DNA of 64,000 nucleotides from a virus (IMGVR_UViG_3300012208_000002), one strand, 5' to 3'. Positions 21,125 to 30,230 are shown, counted from the stretch's first letter. Numbers and translations: made by a program. Notes: generated by a model not told the origin, from the sequence alone.

Positions 21125-21303
21125 ACGATAAGATTAAGCCAAGCGACTTAGCCGCACAAGCTCAAGAGCTTCACGCTGCGGGGAAGATGCCTAGCCTGGA
21201 CGAAGTTCTTGCTGCGGTAGCGGAGTCGCGTGAAAAGTACGCGGATAAGATTCTAGAGGCAAGGAAGCAGGGACATCCTGCGGATACGCTCAAGGCTAGC
21301 TAA
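21121..21303 (+). CDS. hypothetical protein (60 aa)
   Basis: Short ORF with an ATGA overlap at the end of the + arm. Confidence 0.35.
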   Translation: MNDKIKPSDLAAQAQELHAAGKMPSLDEVLAAVAESREKYADKILEARKQGHPADTLKAS

Positions 21304-21722
21304 ATTACGTTCTCCGTTTCTATCGAGCCGTCTCTCTTGACTATGTAAATAGGTCTCTTCAAAGTTCGTGCGTATCTCACCGTAGTCCAGGTTCCTGACC
21401 GCTTGATTTCGAGACCGTGCGGCGCTGCTATCAGCACATCGCTCTCGTCTACAATATGTTGATCTCTAATTTTATATTCGAATGCTGGACGAGCCTCTGT
21501 GTTGTATTGAAACCAACCACGGTACTTTGTCTTGATAGGCGGGTGACAGACGATACGGTAATGCATCCAGTTCGCTATCTTAGCCGCCTCTACGTCCGCT
21601 CCCTCGCAGTCCCCATGATGCAGTTCACCGTGTTCGCCTAACAACTTCCCTAGAAGAGTCAAAACAGCCTTGTGCTGTGCATCAGTCATCCCTAGCTTCG
21701 TCCCCGTAAACCCTACACTCAC
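21300..21722 (-). CDS. SLOG-superfamily (DprA/Smf/LOG-like Rossmann) protein
   Basis: The pattern HHGDCEGADVEAAKIA ... DVLIAAPHG.E..RSGTWTTVRYARTLKRPIYIV matches the SLOG/DprA fold pattern. Confidence 0.45.
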   Translation of the reverse strand: MSVGFTGTKLGMTDAQHKAVLTLLGKLLGEHGELHHGDCEGADVEAAKIANWMHYRIVCHPPIKTKYRGWFQYNTEARPAFEYKIRDQHIVDESDVLIAAPHGLEIKRSGTWTTVRYARTLKRPIYIVKRDGSIETENVI

Positions 21723-21913
21723 AGTCCTGACTCCTCAACAATTCCTAATATCTCCGCCACGATTAAAGCAAACACCCCTACGATAGGCCAGATAAGAAGT
21801 GTTGCATAGCCCAGAATTCGAACTGTACTTTTTATGTAGCTGATTCTTGCGTGTACACTCATTTCGGTATCTCCATGTACTGAATTAGTTTTCCTGCGTC
21901 CTCGAAGGTCCAC
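21719..21913 (-). CDS. small membrane protein (64 aa)
   Basis: Hydrophobic ORF with an overlapping stop and start. Confidence 0.35.
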   Translation of the reverse strand: MDLRGRRKTNSVHGDTEMSVHARISYIKSTVRILGYATLLIWPIVGVFALIVAEILGIVEESGL

Positions 21914-22101
21914 GGTGCATCTATCTTCGCGTCCCTGAACCCTAGTTCACGCGCCAGTTCTCTCCAGGGAAGCCATCTACGGGCGCACTCTAGCAGGTCC
22001 CGCTCCCAGATATGAAAGTGAGTCAGGAACCTGTTTTTATGAGCGAGTTGCTCTTTAGACAACATCTGTGCTCCAGCCGCAAGCGCACACGAAGGGGTCA
22101 C
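21859..22101 (-). CDS. hypothetical protein (80 aa)
   Basis: ORF in an operon. It overlaps a neighbour, so the true start is uncertain. Confidence 0.3.
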   Translation of the reverse strand: MTPSCALAAGAQMLSKEQLAHKNRFLTHFHIWERDLLECARRWLPWRELARELGFRDAKIDAPWTFEDAGKLIQYMEIPK

Positions 22102-22267
22102 CGTGCTTCTTGCTTAGGGCTGAAAACTCATTACAAGGCATGCAGAATGCCCAGGCGTAGCTGTATTCTTCTAAGGTTGTGGGAATAGGACTTCTCTTAC
22201 CAGCCTCATCCGCCGCAGCCATCAGTTCTTCTCTAGACGGTTTCGGAAATGCTTCCGGGTGATTCAC
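22055..22267 (-). CDS. hypothetical protein (70 aa)
   Basis: ORF in an operon. Confidence 0.3.
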   Translation of the reverse strand: MNHPEAFPKPSREELMAAADEAGKRSPIPTTLEEYSYAWAFCMPCNEFSALSKKHGDPFVCACGWSTDVV

Positions 22268-23661
22268 TTTACCTCCGCGTTCTTTCTGATTTCATCCAGC
22301 TTCTGAAACCGGGTTAATTCCCCGTTCAAGAAGACCCGCTCAAGCTGGTCGAAGGGTTCAGATGTAGCTACCGTTCGGTATCCCATCTCGTCGTGCAGAA
22401 GAGACAGGCGACCGCCTTTGCTAGACTTGCCCCTGTCAGTTACTGGATTCTTGAATACAGGCATGCTTGCGCCGTTTATTACCGCATTGCACAGCTTGAT
22501 GGCGCACTTCTGCGTGTCCCGGTTGACCTTCCTGAGCAGCCCTCCGCCCATGCCGTTGACTATGTTCTCCGTAGACCAGTGTGCCGCTTGAATCGCAGCA
22601 AGCTGGTCCTTTATCGTGTAATAATCCATCCCGTCTCCCCAGAGCAGACCGACAACTGGAGCGAGGACCTTGTAACCTTTACCATTCTCGCTGTAACCGA
22701 ATTTATCTCCAAGGATGTTGAGTAATTCTGGTACCTGCCTGACTGGATTGCCTGAATCAGGTCTAATAACAATTTTTCCTGTTCTGGAACGGATAACTTC
22801 TCGAAACTGTCCGCCAATGATATCTCTAGTGAAATTGTAGATGTCATAGCTGTCTCCTACGATAGATAGAATTCCTGTCGGGTACTTGTTAAGCAGAGCC
22901 TCGACCTGTCCCGCCTCGCCGCCCACGCCCTTCAATGTCATGACGGAGTGCTCTGAAGCAGGAACTGAGAATCCACTGACCCGGGGAGCACCGTAGTACT
23001 GATTCAAGTAATCCATAGCCACGGGAGTGTCTGTCCCGAGGAAGTTAATCAGGTGCGCAGCCCCTCCTCGTGCAGCCTCTTGAATCCCACTAGTTCCACG
23101 GAATCCGAAGTCGTGCAGTTGAAATGGAAGAGCACTGAGGCTATCTGCGGTCTTAAGCAGGTAATCCTTATACAGTTCCTTGGCAATCCTAGACTTCGTG
23201 GCGACACAGGTCGTGTACCAGACGTGCTGGAGCACAGTCTCCATCCACTGTCCGACCCAAGGTACTTTAGGGTCAGTAGAGCGAACGGTAAAGAGTGCAT
23301 TGCTCACGGGCACGATGCTGCCCTCTCGTACGGCTTTGATTTCTACAGGCAGCCTTCCGTTGTGTACGCGGAGGATATACTGCCAATCGTTATAGCGGTA
23401 CGGGAAGCCTGCGCCGAAGTGCTCCTGGCTGTTCTCGTACTCTTCGTCCAGGTCGCGCTGAGTAAAGAACTGTCCCGTGAACGTCTCCTGTAACAGTCCC
23501 TGTAGCCCGAAGAAGTTTGTGTACGGGAATTCTCCCCCACGCGCTTCGAAGTAACTCAGTAGTTCGGACACGGACTCGTCATAAATGTGCGTGTTCTTGT
23601 AACTGTCCGCGAGCCGCAAAGGATTCGGGTGAAACACTTTCATAGAATCTCCTCGATGCAT
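22264..23661 (-). CDS. nadV: nicotinamide phosphoribosyltransferase (NAMPT)
   Basis: 465 aa with LHDFGFRGTS and other NAMPT-type II PRTase signatures across the whole length. Confidence 0.85.
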   Translation of the reverse strand: MHRGDSMKVFHPNPLRLADSYKNTHIYDESVSELLSYFEARGGEFPYTNFFGLQGLLQETFTGQFFTQRDLDEEYENSQEHFGAGFPYRYNDWQYILRVHNGRLPVEIKAVREGSIVPVSNALFTVRSTDPKVPWVGQWMETVLQHVWYTTCVATKSRIAKELYKDYLLKTADSLSALPFQLHDFGFRGTSGIQEAARGGAAHLINFLGTDTPVAMDYLNQYYGAPRVSGFSVPASEHSVMTLKGVGGEAGQVEALLNKYPTGILSIVGDSYDIYNFTRDIIGGQFREVIRSRTGKIVIRPDSGNPVRQVPELLNILGDKFGYSENGKGYKVLAPVVGLLWGDGMDYYTIKDQLAAIQAAHWSTENIVNGMGGGLLRKVNRDTQKCAIKLCNAVINGASMPVFKNPVTDRGKSSKGGRLSLLHDEMGYRTVATSEPFDQLERVFLNGELTRFQKLDEIRKNAEVK

Positions 23662-24536
23662 ACGTTAAATGCTTCCAATAGTACATTATGTTCTGGCTCT
23701 AACTGGGGCATGTTATTTATATCGAACCACGTTGCTTCTCCGATATCGTCTCCCGCCTTCTTGCTCAGGCTAGCGGTCCATCCGAGGAAGAACGCTGTGG
23801 TAATCTTTGCATCCTGGTCCTGTGCGTACCGCCAGTCCCTGATCGGGAAACTTTGAATGTACTGAAGCTGCTCTATCGCCACATTAGTTTCTTCATAGAC
23901 CTCTCGCCTGGCTGCCCGCTCCAGGGACTCCCCGGGTTCGACAAACCCGCCTATGAAGCGGTAGTTCTGCTCATGCAGCTTCTTACCTAAGAGAACCTTG
24001 TACCCGCCTTCAGCATCTGGATTGTGCTGTATGATAGCAACGTCCACGGTCATCATCGCTCTCGGGCGCTGATTCGCCACGGCGTATATTATTCCGTGAC
24101 GGAAATCTGTTGACCCCGCATTTAGTTTTGAGATGTCATGACGCTGTTGCGTACCAGAGTGCCCCATAATCGATGTAGTAACGCAATTAGTTTTGTAAAC
24201 TCCGCTGTACTTTGGAATAAACGAGTCCCGTCCACCGTACAGAGTAACAGGACCGCAGGTCATGGCATCGATAATCATGTCAAGATGGCTAGACCAGACC
24301 GCGTCTGATTTTTCGTCTTGTATGGCGATGACCGTGAACTTAGGATAGCGAGTCAAAATCATACTTTGGATTACGGAAAAATTTAGCGGGTTACGGTTTG
24401 TGCGCTCTGTCTTCGCAACGCCGACAACTACGATTACCCGGTCGTGCTTCTTGGCGACTGAATCGAAGAGCGCTGTATGCCCTGGGTGCAAGTAAGCAAC
24501 CTGGAAGCGACCGACTATGACTCCATAAGTAATCAA
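23640..24536 (-). CDS. natV: bifunctional NMN adenylyltransferase / Nudix hydrolase (NadM-Nudix)
   Basis: The N-terminus has GRFQVAYLHPGH, the (H/T)xGH nucleotidyltransferase motif. The C-terminus has the Nudix box GGFVEPGESLERAARREVYEETN. Confidence 0.8.
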   Translation of the reverse strand: MITYGVIVGRFQVAYLHPGHTALFDSVAKKHDRVIVVVGVAKTERTNRNPLNFSVIQSMILTRYPKFTVIAIQDEKSDAVWSSHLDMIIDAMTCGPVTLYGGRDSFIPKYSGVYKTNCVTTSIMGHSGTQQRHDISKLNAGSTDFRHGIIYAVANQRPRAMMTVDVAIIQHNPDAEGGYKVLLGKKLHEQNYRFIGGFVEPGESLERAARREVYEETNVAIEQLQYIQSFPIRDWRYAQDQDAKITTAFFLGWTASLSKKAGDDIGEATWFDINNMPQLEPEHNVLLEAFNVCIEEIL

Positions 24537-25018
24537 TTTCTTCCTCCGTTTTCATCAGGATACTTTTCGTCAGGCTCATCTACGAAGTGATCGATTCCAG
24601 ATTCCCTGATATCTGCTATCACGTTTCTAGGGGTCTTAGAAGGAACGACAGGAACTATCGAGCGGATGATAGGAATCACGCAGCCGCCTACGGCAGGCTC
24701 GTCCTTAACCATTGGCTTAGACGGAGGTAGAATTTTGACAGTATCCCCAACGTGATCGGGGATATTATAGTTCCCACCTTCGGAATAAGGAACCTGATAT
24801 TCCGTGTGACTTAGTTCAGGATAAGATGCGACATCCTTGCAGGTATCGCTCTGAACGTGCGGAAAGTGACGGTTAACGCTGCAAGTCACTAGAGACTCGC
24901 TTAGGTCGTTCGTTCTTGTTGGATACATGCAGTCGTACACCGCCATAAAGATATCGTAATTCGGTCGTTGAATGCCGACTGCCGCGAGTGCCGTTTGAAA
25001 TCGTTCTCTATTGTTCAT
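24533..25018 (-). CDS. hypothetical protein (161 aa)
   Basis: ORF. Confidence 0.45.
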   Translation of the reverse strand: MNNRERFQTALAAVGIQRPNYDIFMAVYDCMYPTRTNDLSESLVTCSVNRHFPHVQSDTCKDVASYPELSHTEYQVPYSEGGNYNIPDHVGDTVKILPPSKPMVKDEPAVGGCVIPIIRSIVPVVPSKTPRNVIADIRESGIDHFVDEPDEKYPDENGGRN

Positions 25019-25111
25019 AAATCTCCTATCGTCTCGTTCTAAAGATGAACTGCGCCGCCAGAATCAGGAATGCTAGTGCGATGAATCCGAATCCCATCAC
25101 TACTCGATTGT

Positions 25112-25528
25112 TTAATCTTGACATTCGCGTACCTCTCGCTTCATGCGCGACGTGGGATATTTTTCGTGATAGTTATTCAACGCTGACTGCGCTAGCTCTT
25201 TAGAAGGGTAGGTTCCACGAACATCTAAAGAACGGCGAATGACTCCGGATTCCCAAATAGCGAACACTGCGAACTGCTTCTCCAGGGTCTTTAACGGCGT
25301 CTTCGGTTCCTTACTAGGCGCGGAGTCTCGAACGAACTTCCCGTGTTTGCACAGAGAAAACCCAGGCGTGTTAAGCAAGGGCAAAGACCTAGTCATAAAG
25401 TCCTTGCAGTCGCAGAAGTACGTCTTATCCGCACGGACGACGATATGCTTCTCGCCGCCTGAATCAGACGAAACGTAGAACGTCTCAGTGAAGGTGAACA
25501 ACTGCTTCTTTGGCTTTGTGATTTTCAT
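25112..25528 (-). CDS. hypothetical protein with SWIM-like zinc finger (138 aa)
   Basis: Contains a CDCKDF...LCKHGKF CxC..CxH pattern. Confidence 0.4.
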   Translation of the reverse strand: MKITKPKKQLFTFTETFYVSSDSGGEKHIVVRADKTYFCDCKDFMTRSLPLLNTPGFSLCKHGKFVRDSAPSKEPKTPLKTLEKQFAVFAIWESGVIRRSLDVRGTYPSKELAQSALNNYHEKYPTSRMKREVRECQD

Positions 25529-25779
25529 GACGCTACCCCAAGAGTGATAACGAAAGGCTTATCGCTACGGTGGATTAAAGCATGATTTGCCTTATTGCTG
25601 ATTTCGAAAATGACCTTCTTACGATTCTTGACGCCATTAGCAGTACAGCCGCCAACCCAAACTCGGGTATATCCCTTGCCCCTCAAAGCGCGTGCCAACG
25701 GACAATCGTAGTTGTCCAAGTATATAGCGTCCTTCAAATGCTTCTTTCCGATTCGTACTGTAATTGTTTTCGTCTTCAT
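25525..25779 (-). CDS. hypothetical protein (84 aa)
   Basis: ORF with an overlapping start. Confidence 0.4.
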   Translation of the reverse strand: MKTKTITVRIGKKHLKDAIYLDNYDCPLARALRGKGYTRVWVGGCTANGVKNRKKVIFEISNKANHALIHRSDKPFVITLGVAS

Positions 25780-25924
25780 ATTTTTCCCTTTCCGTTTGTG
25801 TTAAGAATTACTAGTAATAGCAGACAGATTCCAACAAAGACATAAATATTACGCTCTATTGAAGCACCTGCCGCGATTAAGAAAACCCCTGCGGCTGTCC
25901 CGAGACTATTGATAAACGTGTGCA

Positions 25925-26263
25925 TCAAAATATCCCCAGAAACTTCTTGCGCTTCCGCAACGGGTGAATAAGTAAATCGAGCAACTGATACATCCCGAGA
26001 GCGGACTCCTCAATCATATTGATGCGAATCTGACCGTCTACGATTCTGGCAAAGTCAGATATCTGGGTGCCAGCCTTCGGGGTCACGATAAACTCCCACG
26101 GCAGACCCCTCTGTCTCTGCATAATCTCGATTTGTGCGCCGCAGTCTACCCGCGCTTTGATGTAAAAGAACATCTCTTTCGGGTTGAACCGTGGTTCGTC
26201 TTGAATTCTCTTACTAGATACGAGACTGCTGTCTGGTGCTCCGTACGCTGCTTCAGGATTCAT
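25925..26263 (-). CDS. hypothetical protein (112 aa)
   Basis: ORF. Confidence 0.4.
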   Translation of the reverse strand: MNPEAAYGAPDSSLVSSKRIQDEPRFNPKEMFFYIKARVDCGAQIEIMQRQRGLPWEFIVTPKAGTQISDFARIVDGQIRINMIEESALGMYQLLDLLIHPLRKRKKFLGIF

Positions 26264-26547
26264 GGTAGCCTCCGAATGATGTCTTTAATTAGTTCTCGTT
26301 GACCTGGGTACAACGAAGCAAACACATTATCGACCTTCTTTAGAAGTTCTTCCTTCCCATCGGGACGGTCCGCTTCGTGCTTACATCGTTGTTCGATAGG
26401 CACCGCCGTCAACTTAATATACTGCCTGGCGGTATAAAAATCAAGGTCTATATTTCCTTCCTTATCCAAGTGTACACCGCACATCATGCACCAGCGTAAG
26501 TCTTTCCCGTCTGCTGTTACATGATTCACAATTGTTTTAGCTTTCAT
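26260..26547 (-). CDS. hypothetical protein (95 aa)
   Basis: ORF with an ATGA overlap. Confidence 0.4.
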   Translation of the reverse strand: MKAKTIVNHVTADGKDLRWCMMCGVHLDKEGNIDLDFYTARQYIKLTAVPIEQRCKHEADRPDGKEELLKKVDNVFASLYPGQRELIKDIIRRLP

Positions 26548-26797
26548 CCTTTACCTCTTCTTTCGTTTCGAATTCTTTCGCTACGGCTCTGAACATCCTG
26601 GCCCTGCTCTTATGACCACCTGCTTCACAGGAGTCCGCGATCTTCCTGAGTTTACTGACGAACGGGACGCTAAACTTCTTGTCAATCTTTTTGAAGTCTA
26701 CGAGCAATTCACTGAGTATATCAAACTCGATAGGGTTAGTGAGCCACACTATGCTTGCCAGCCGCCTCTCAATCACTGCGATGTACGGGTTCTTCAA
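26537..26797 (-). CDS. hypothetical protein (86 aa)
   Basis: ORF. Confidence 0.4.
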   Translation of the reverse strand: MKNPYIAVIERRLASIVWLTNPIEFDILSELLVDFKKIDKKFSVPFVSKLRKIADSCEAGGHKSRARMFRAVAKEFETKEEVKDES

Positions 26798-26957
26798 AAC
26801 GGCCCTCCATATGAAGATGTCGCTTTCAAATTTTGAAGTACTATCTGCTGGTCCCAGAACACCTTATTGTACACGCTAATGAAATCCGCAAACGACCCTC
26901 TAGACTCAAGTGCCTTGACCCGCCAGACGAATCCCCATCGGTAGATGTATCGGTCTC

Positions 26958-27311
26958 TCATTCGACTCCAGTCCGCTTGTTCACGGGATAGCTAACCCCG
27001 AACAAGAATTTGTACGAAATCCAATAATGCCCGGGGAGCGGGTCGGAGTTCGGTTGATTCAGGTACTCTTCATGCATCTTTTCCATCTCGGCCATTGCGT
27101 TTCGAAGAATCACCTTCTCCATCTGAGTCCAGACATCATGGCACATCCTGCATAGGGTGTACCTAACCTGCTTCTTGGCCCATCCACGTTTACCGCAAAT
27201 GATTCCTATGGCGGTCTGCGGACAGTGACTCACCGTTAACTTCGCTTCACTCGGGAGAGCCCCGCAGCGCTCGCACTTGCGTACACGTACGGACGGATGA
27301 GTAACTACCAT
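26958..27311 (-). CDS. zinc-ribbon hypothetical protein (117 aa)
   Basis: Carries a CERCG...CRMCHD cysteine cluster. It abuts the integrase stop. Confidence 0.45.
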   Translation of the reverse strand: MVVTHPSVRVRKCERCGALPSEAKLTVSHCPQTAIGIICGKRGWAKKQVRYTLCRMCHDVWTQMEKVILRNAMAEMEKMHEEYLNQPNSDPLPGHYWISYKFLFGVSYPVNKRTGVE

Positions 27312-28303
27312 TATGCAACCTCCGGTAGTTGAAATCCAAGTCCAGCCTTCGCCGCATGCAACTTTCGAGATTCGATTCCCTCTTCAACTTGAGTGTAGTG
27401 CTCAGTGATATTGCCTGCCGCGTGCCCTATCCAATATTTCACGAGAGGGTCGGGCACACCGTTCATGCGGATATGAGTCACACGGAAGCGACGGAAGCAG
27501 TGAAAGCCGCCTTGAATGCCGTCCTGTGCGAGCGCTAGCCGATAACAGCCCTCACAGTCATTGAACACCGAGACATCTTTACAGGTTTCGCCCTGCTCTA
27601 GAAAACGGTACTCTAGCAGCGTGATAAGGAAATCGTTCAATTCTGGTGCCAGGTCTACTTCCCGCTGTCCTGCCTTAGTTTTGGTAGTAGCGAGTCCGTT
27701 ACGGGTCATCTGCTGGCGCACGATGATCTTGGATTCAGATGGTATCCAAACTGTACTCACTTTATCGTCCGGGTCCAATTTAATAGCCAGCGCTTCCGCG
27801 ATACGGAGCCCTGTGCCAGCCAGAAGAGCATACAGAGCCTTCTCATGCGGTGCTGCCTTAGATATTGCGTCCTGTACCTGCTGTGCGTTAAGAGTAGGCT
27901 GTTTAGAGCCGTCCGCCACTGGCGCGTCGATAACATCAGCGTTCCACTCATAAGGGAACAACTGGTCACCGTTCTCGGACACCGCACTCTTCCGTATCTT
28001 CTTGATTATAGTAACGTTAAGGGAAATCGTACGCGCCGATAGTCCTTGGTGCGTCAATTCGGACACTAATTCGTTAACTACTTTGTTTCCAACGAGTTCC
28101 AGGGACATACCACCTATCAAGGGCAAAAGGTGAGTTTCGATTTGCGCCTTGTAGGTCCGGAGACTAGCAGGGCGAAGCGGGTTCCGCTTCCTGGTAGCGC
28201 CCTGTTCGAGGAACTTCTCAGCCTGTTGCGCGAAGGTGATCTTCTTAGCCTTCAATCGCTTGGAGACGCCTTTGGATACTTGTTCTGATGTTTGTTCAAT
28301 CAT
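27311..28303 (-). CDS. int: tyrosine site-specific recombinase / phage integrase
   Basis: An N-terminal SAM-like domain is followed by LAGTGLRIAEALAI (box I Arg), HCFRRFRVTHI (H-x-x-R) and IGHAAGNITEHYT (catalytic Tyr). Confidence 0.8.
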   Translation of the reverse strand: MIEQTSEQVSKGVSKRLKAKKITFAQQAEKFLEQGATRKRNPLRPASLRTYKAQIETHLLPLIGGMSLELVGNKVVNELVSELTHQGLSARTISLNVTIIKKIRKSAVSENGDQLFPYEWNADVIDAPVADGSKQPTLNAQQVQDAISKAAPHEKALYALLAGTGLRIAEALAIKLDPDDKVSTVWIPSESKIIVRQQMTRNGLATTKTKAGQREVDLAPELNDFLITLLEYRFLEQGETCKDVSVFNDCEGCYRLALAQDGIQGGFHCFRRFRVTHIRMNGVPDPLVKYWIGHAAGNITEHYTQVEEGIESRKLHAAKAGLGFQLPEVA

Positions 28304-28307
28304 GATA

Positions 28308-28458
28308 GCATCCTCTCTGGGATTCTTAACAAGTGCGCCAGGTCCTCAGTACTGAGTCGGTCAGGGTTACCTACAGATTCATCTATCGTAGAGAGATAAT
28401 CCTCTAAGTCTCTAATGGAGAGTGTGTGCCGTTTTCCTAGTTGTAGTTTCTTCCTCAT
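28308..28458 (-). CDS. xis: excisionase/AlpA-like HTH protein (~50 aa, below the ORF-track cutoff)
   Basis: Translation gives MRKKLQLGKRHTLSIRDLEDYLSTIDESVGNPDRLSTEDLAHLLRIPERMLS. The stop TGA overlaps the int ATG (ATGA). Confidence 0.4.
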
Positions 28459-28459
28459 G

Positions 28460-28502
28460 GGATAATCATCACATATCCACAGAAATTTGTCAAGCTTTAT
28501 TT
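28460..28502 (-). promoter_or_regulatory. sigma70-type promoter, copy A of the AAATAAAGCTTGACAAA family
   Basis: On the minus strand, AAATAAAGC-TTGACA is followed by 17 nt and then GATGAT/TGATTAT. It lies 25 nt upstream of the xis ATG. Confidence 0.5.
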
Positions 28503-28711
28503 TCGGGTCTATTCAAGATTTCTTCCATCATTCGAATGTCTATTTCGTTTATCTCGAAATACCGATGAAAGAAAGCCTCATGTATGGCAAGGCTATCGGC
28601 AACGGTCAGCTTACATAAAGGGACCAAGCGAATAGCCGCAAGCACCTGTTTTTTCCTTTTCTCATAAGCCCGTTCTTCTGCTGTTGGTTCTTCTCTATCT
28701 GAGCATCCCAT
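28490..28711 (-). CDS. hypothetical protein (73 aa)
   Basis: ORF. Confidence 0.4.
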   Translation of the reverse strand: MGCSDREEPTAEERAYEKRKKQVLAAIRLVPLCKLTVADSLAIHEAFFHRYFEINEIDIRMMEEILNRPENKA

Positions 28712-28770
28712 TTGGTATCTCCTTTATTTTCTAAGAAAATCAGCCATCAGTTCGATTTGACGTGCTCGCG

Positions 28771-29007
28771 TCATAGCCACACCTCGACATACCAGCACAG
28801 CCACTCAAAACTCACAATGAAGCCGCCGAGATTGTGTATAACAATAGTGGGCAACAGAGACCAGTGCTTGAGATTCGTTCCCGCGTCTAGGTGAACATAT
28901 GCTCGGTCTATCGGCGTCTCTACGGCAGCACACGGTCCCTCATGCCCTTCGTCCCTAGTGCAGTCCCATCCAAGCGGTGGCTTATCACAAGTCATGTCTT
29001 CCTCCAT
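28771..29007 (-). CDS. hypothetical Cys-rich protein (78 aa; real start probably the second Met at 28995)
   Basis: GGAGGA sits 5 nt before the second ATG. The first ATG lies 6 nt after the -10 hexamer. Confidence 0.45.
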   Translation of the reverse strand: MEEDMTCDKPPLGWDCTRDEGHEGPCAAVETPIDRAYVHLDAGTNLKHWSLLPTIVIHNLGGFIVSFEWLCWYVEVWL

Positions 29008-29012
29008 GTGTA

Positions 29013-29048
29013 ATACTATATTATCCGCAAAGATTTGTCAAGCTTATT
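29013..29048 (-). promoter_or_regulatory. sigma70-type promoter, copy B
   Basis: On the minus strand, AATAAGC-TTGACA is followed by 17 nt, then TAGTAT, then the GGAGGA RBS. Confidence 0.6.
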
Positions 29049-29207
29049 CCGCGTACTTAGAAAAGGGTTCGAAGAGGGAGGAATAAAGACTTACTCCCTT
29101 TGCCAATAATTTTTGGCACTTCTTGCAAATAATCCACTGAACTGGTTTACCTAACCAATCACTCGCGGTCCTTCGGCTAGATGAATCGTAAAACACGCAT
29201 ATACGCC

Positions 29208-30230
29208 TCATTTTGTCTCCTCGTAGCCGATTGTGAAGCCGACCTTTGCGTCTTTCTTGCTCTTAAGGTTCTTCAGCTTGAAATTCTTTTGCAGTCTGGC
29301 TAACGTCTCGTCAACAGGTATGTCCAGGCACAGAAATGTCGAGGCTATCTCCCTAAGATACGCTAGACTCAAGCCTTCCGTCTTTTCGACTAACTCTTTC
29401 AGCTTCTCTTCTGGAATTGCGCCTCTCGTGACATATTTCAGGTAAGCCGCCCGAGTCTCTGCATTCGGCGCATGTATCCCGATGACAAGGTCGAATCGAC
29501 CAGGGCGCTTAATGAAGCGGTCAGCTAGCTCTTCCGGCTGATTCGTTGTTGCCAGGTGGACGATATTATTGACCTGGTCTTGCCCGTCGTACAAACTTAG
29601 AGCCGCCTTGACCTCCGCGTTGCCTTGGTCGCCACGAAATACGCCCTCGATATCCTCCGCGATGGTCATAATAGGACGATTCGGCTCGACGGTCCTAAAG
29701 TGCCTGATGCAGGAGATTGCAGTTGAGAAATCGTCAATCGTAAAGATTACACCGCCCAAGTCGGTCAAGTCTTTACAGAGTAAATTCAGTAGGCAGGTCT
29801 TCCCTGTTCCGGGCTCACCGTACAGAAGGATGCCGCGCTTCTGCAATAGATGATACTTCTCGTATCTGTCTGCTCGGTCCCAGAACAACTTAATCTGGTT
29901 CAGGATATAATCAGACGGCAAGCCAGGTAGACTGACTGGTTGATCGCCTGGGCACTGAACTGGCGTAAAGAACTTACTGCCATCGCTAGCAGTATCCAAG
30001 CTATACATCCCAGGTGGTAACTCCAGACGAACATCCTCAACGCTGCGAAATGACCCGTTCTGATTCCCCCAACCCTTCGTTTTAGACAATTTCTCTGGCA
30101 TTGTTTTCTCCCATTTAGAATTTGACTTCCTGCTCGCTGCTCTCAGCAAATCCACTAAAGTATAACTCGACAAATTAAATCCCCGCTTGGGACTAGGGCT
30201 TATTGGCGGCGGTATCGTGATGGTGTTCAT
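29208..30230 (-). CDS. classic-clade AAA+ ATPase with unknown N-terminal domain
   Basis: Walker A is LLYGEPGTGKT, Walker B is IMTIAEDIE, sensor-1 is ATTNQ and the Arg finger is RPGRFD. Confidence 0.75.
   Translation of the reverse strand: MNTITIPPPISPSPKRGFNLSSYTLVDLLRAASRKSNSKWEKTMPEKLSKTKGWGNQNGSFRSVEDVRLELPPGMYSLDTASDGSKFFTPVQCPGDQPVSLPGLPSDYILNQIKLFWDRADRYEKYHLLQKRGILLYGEPGTGKTCLLNLLCKDLTDLGGVIFTIDDFSTAISCIRHFRTVEPNRPIMTIAEDIEGVFRGDQGNAEVKAALSLYDGQDQVNNIVHLATTNQPEELADRFIKRPGRFDLVIGIHAPNAETRAAYLKYVTRGAIPEEKLKELVEKTEGLSLAYLREIASTFLCLDIPVDETLARLQKNFKLKNLKSKKDAKVGFTIGYEETK

Noticed and set aside
21121-21303. Bidirectional terminator at the convergent junction of the two arms (about 21290-21330)
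   Set aside because: No convincing GC-rich hairpin with a U-tract was seen on either strand. The two terminal ORFs simply overlap by 4 nt.
29050-29207. 158-bp non-coding stretch with the near-palindrome CCAATAATTTTTGG and an imperfect GGGAG...CTCCC hairpin downstream of the AAA+ gene
   Set aside because: The stems are short and imperfect. It may be a weak terminator or operator, but the evidence is too thin to call. It is listed only as a place to look for attP.
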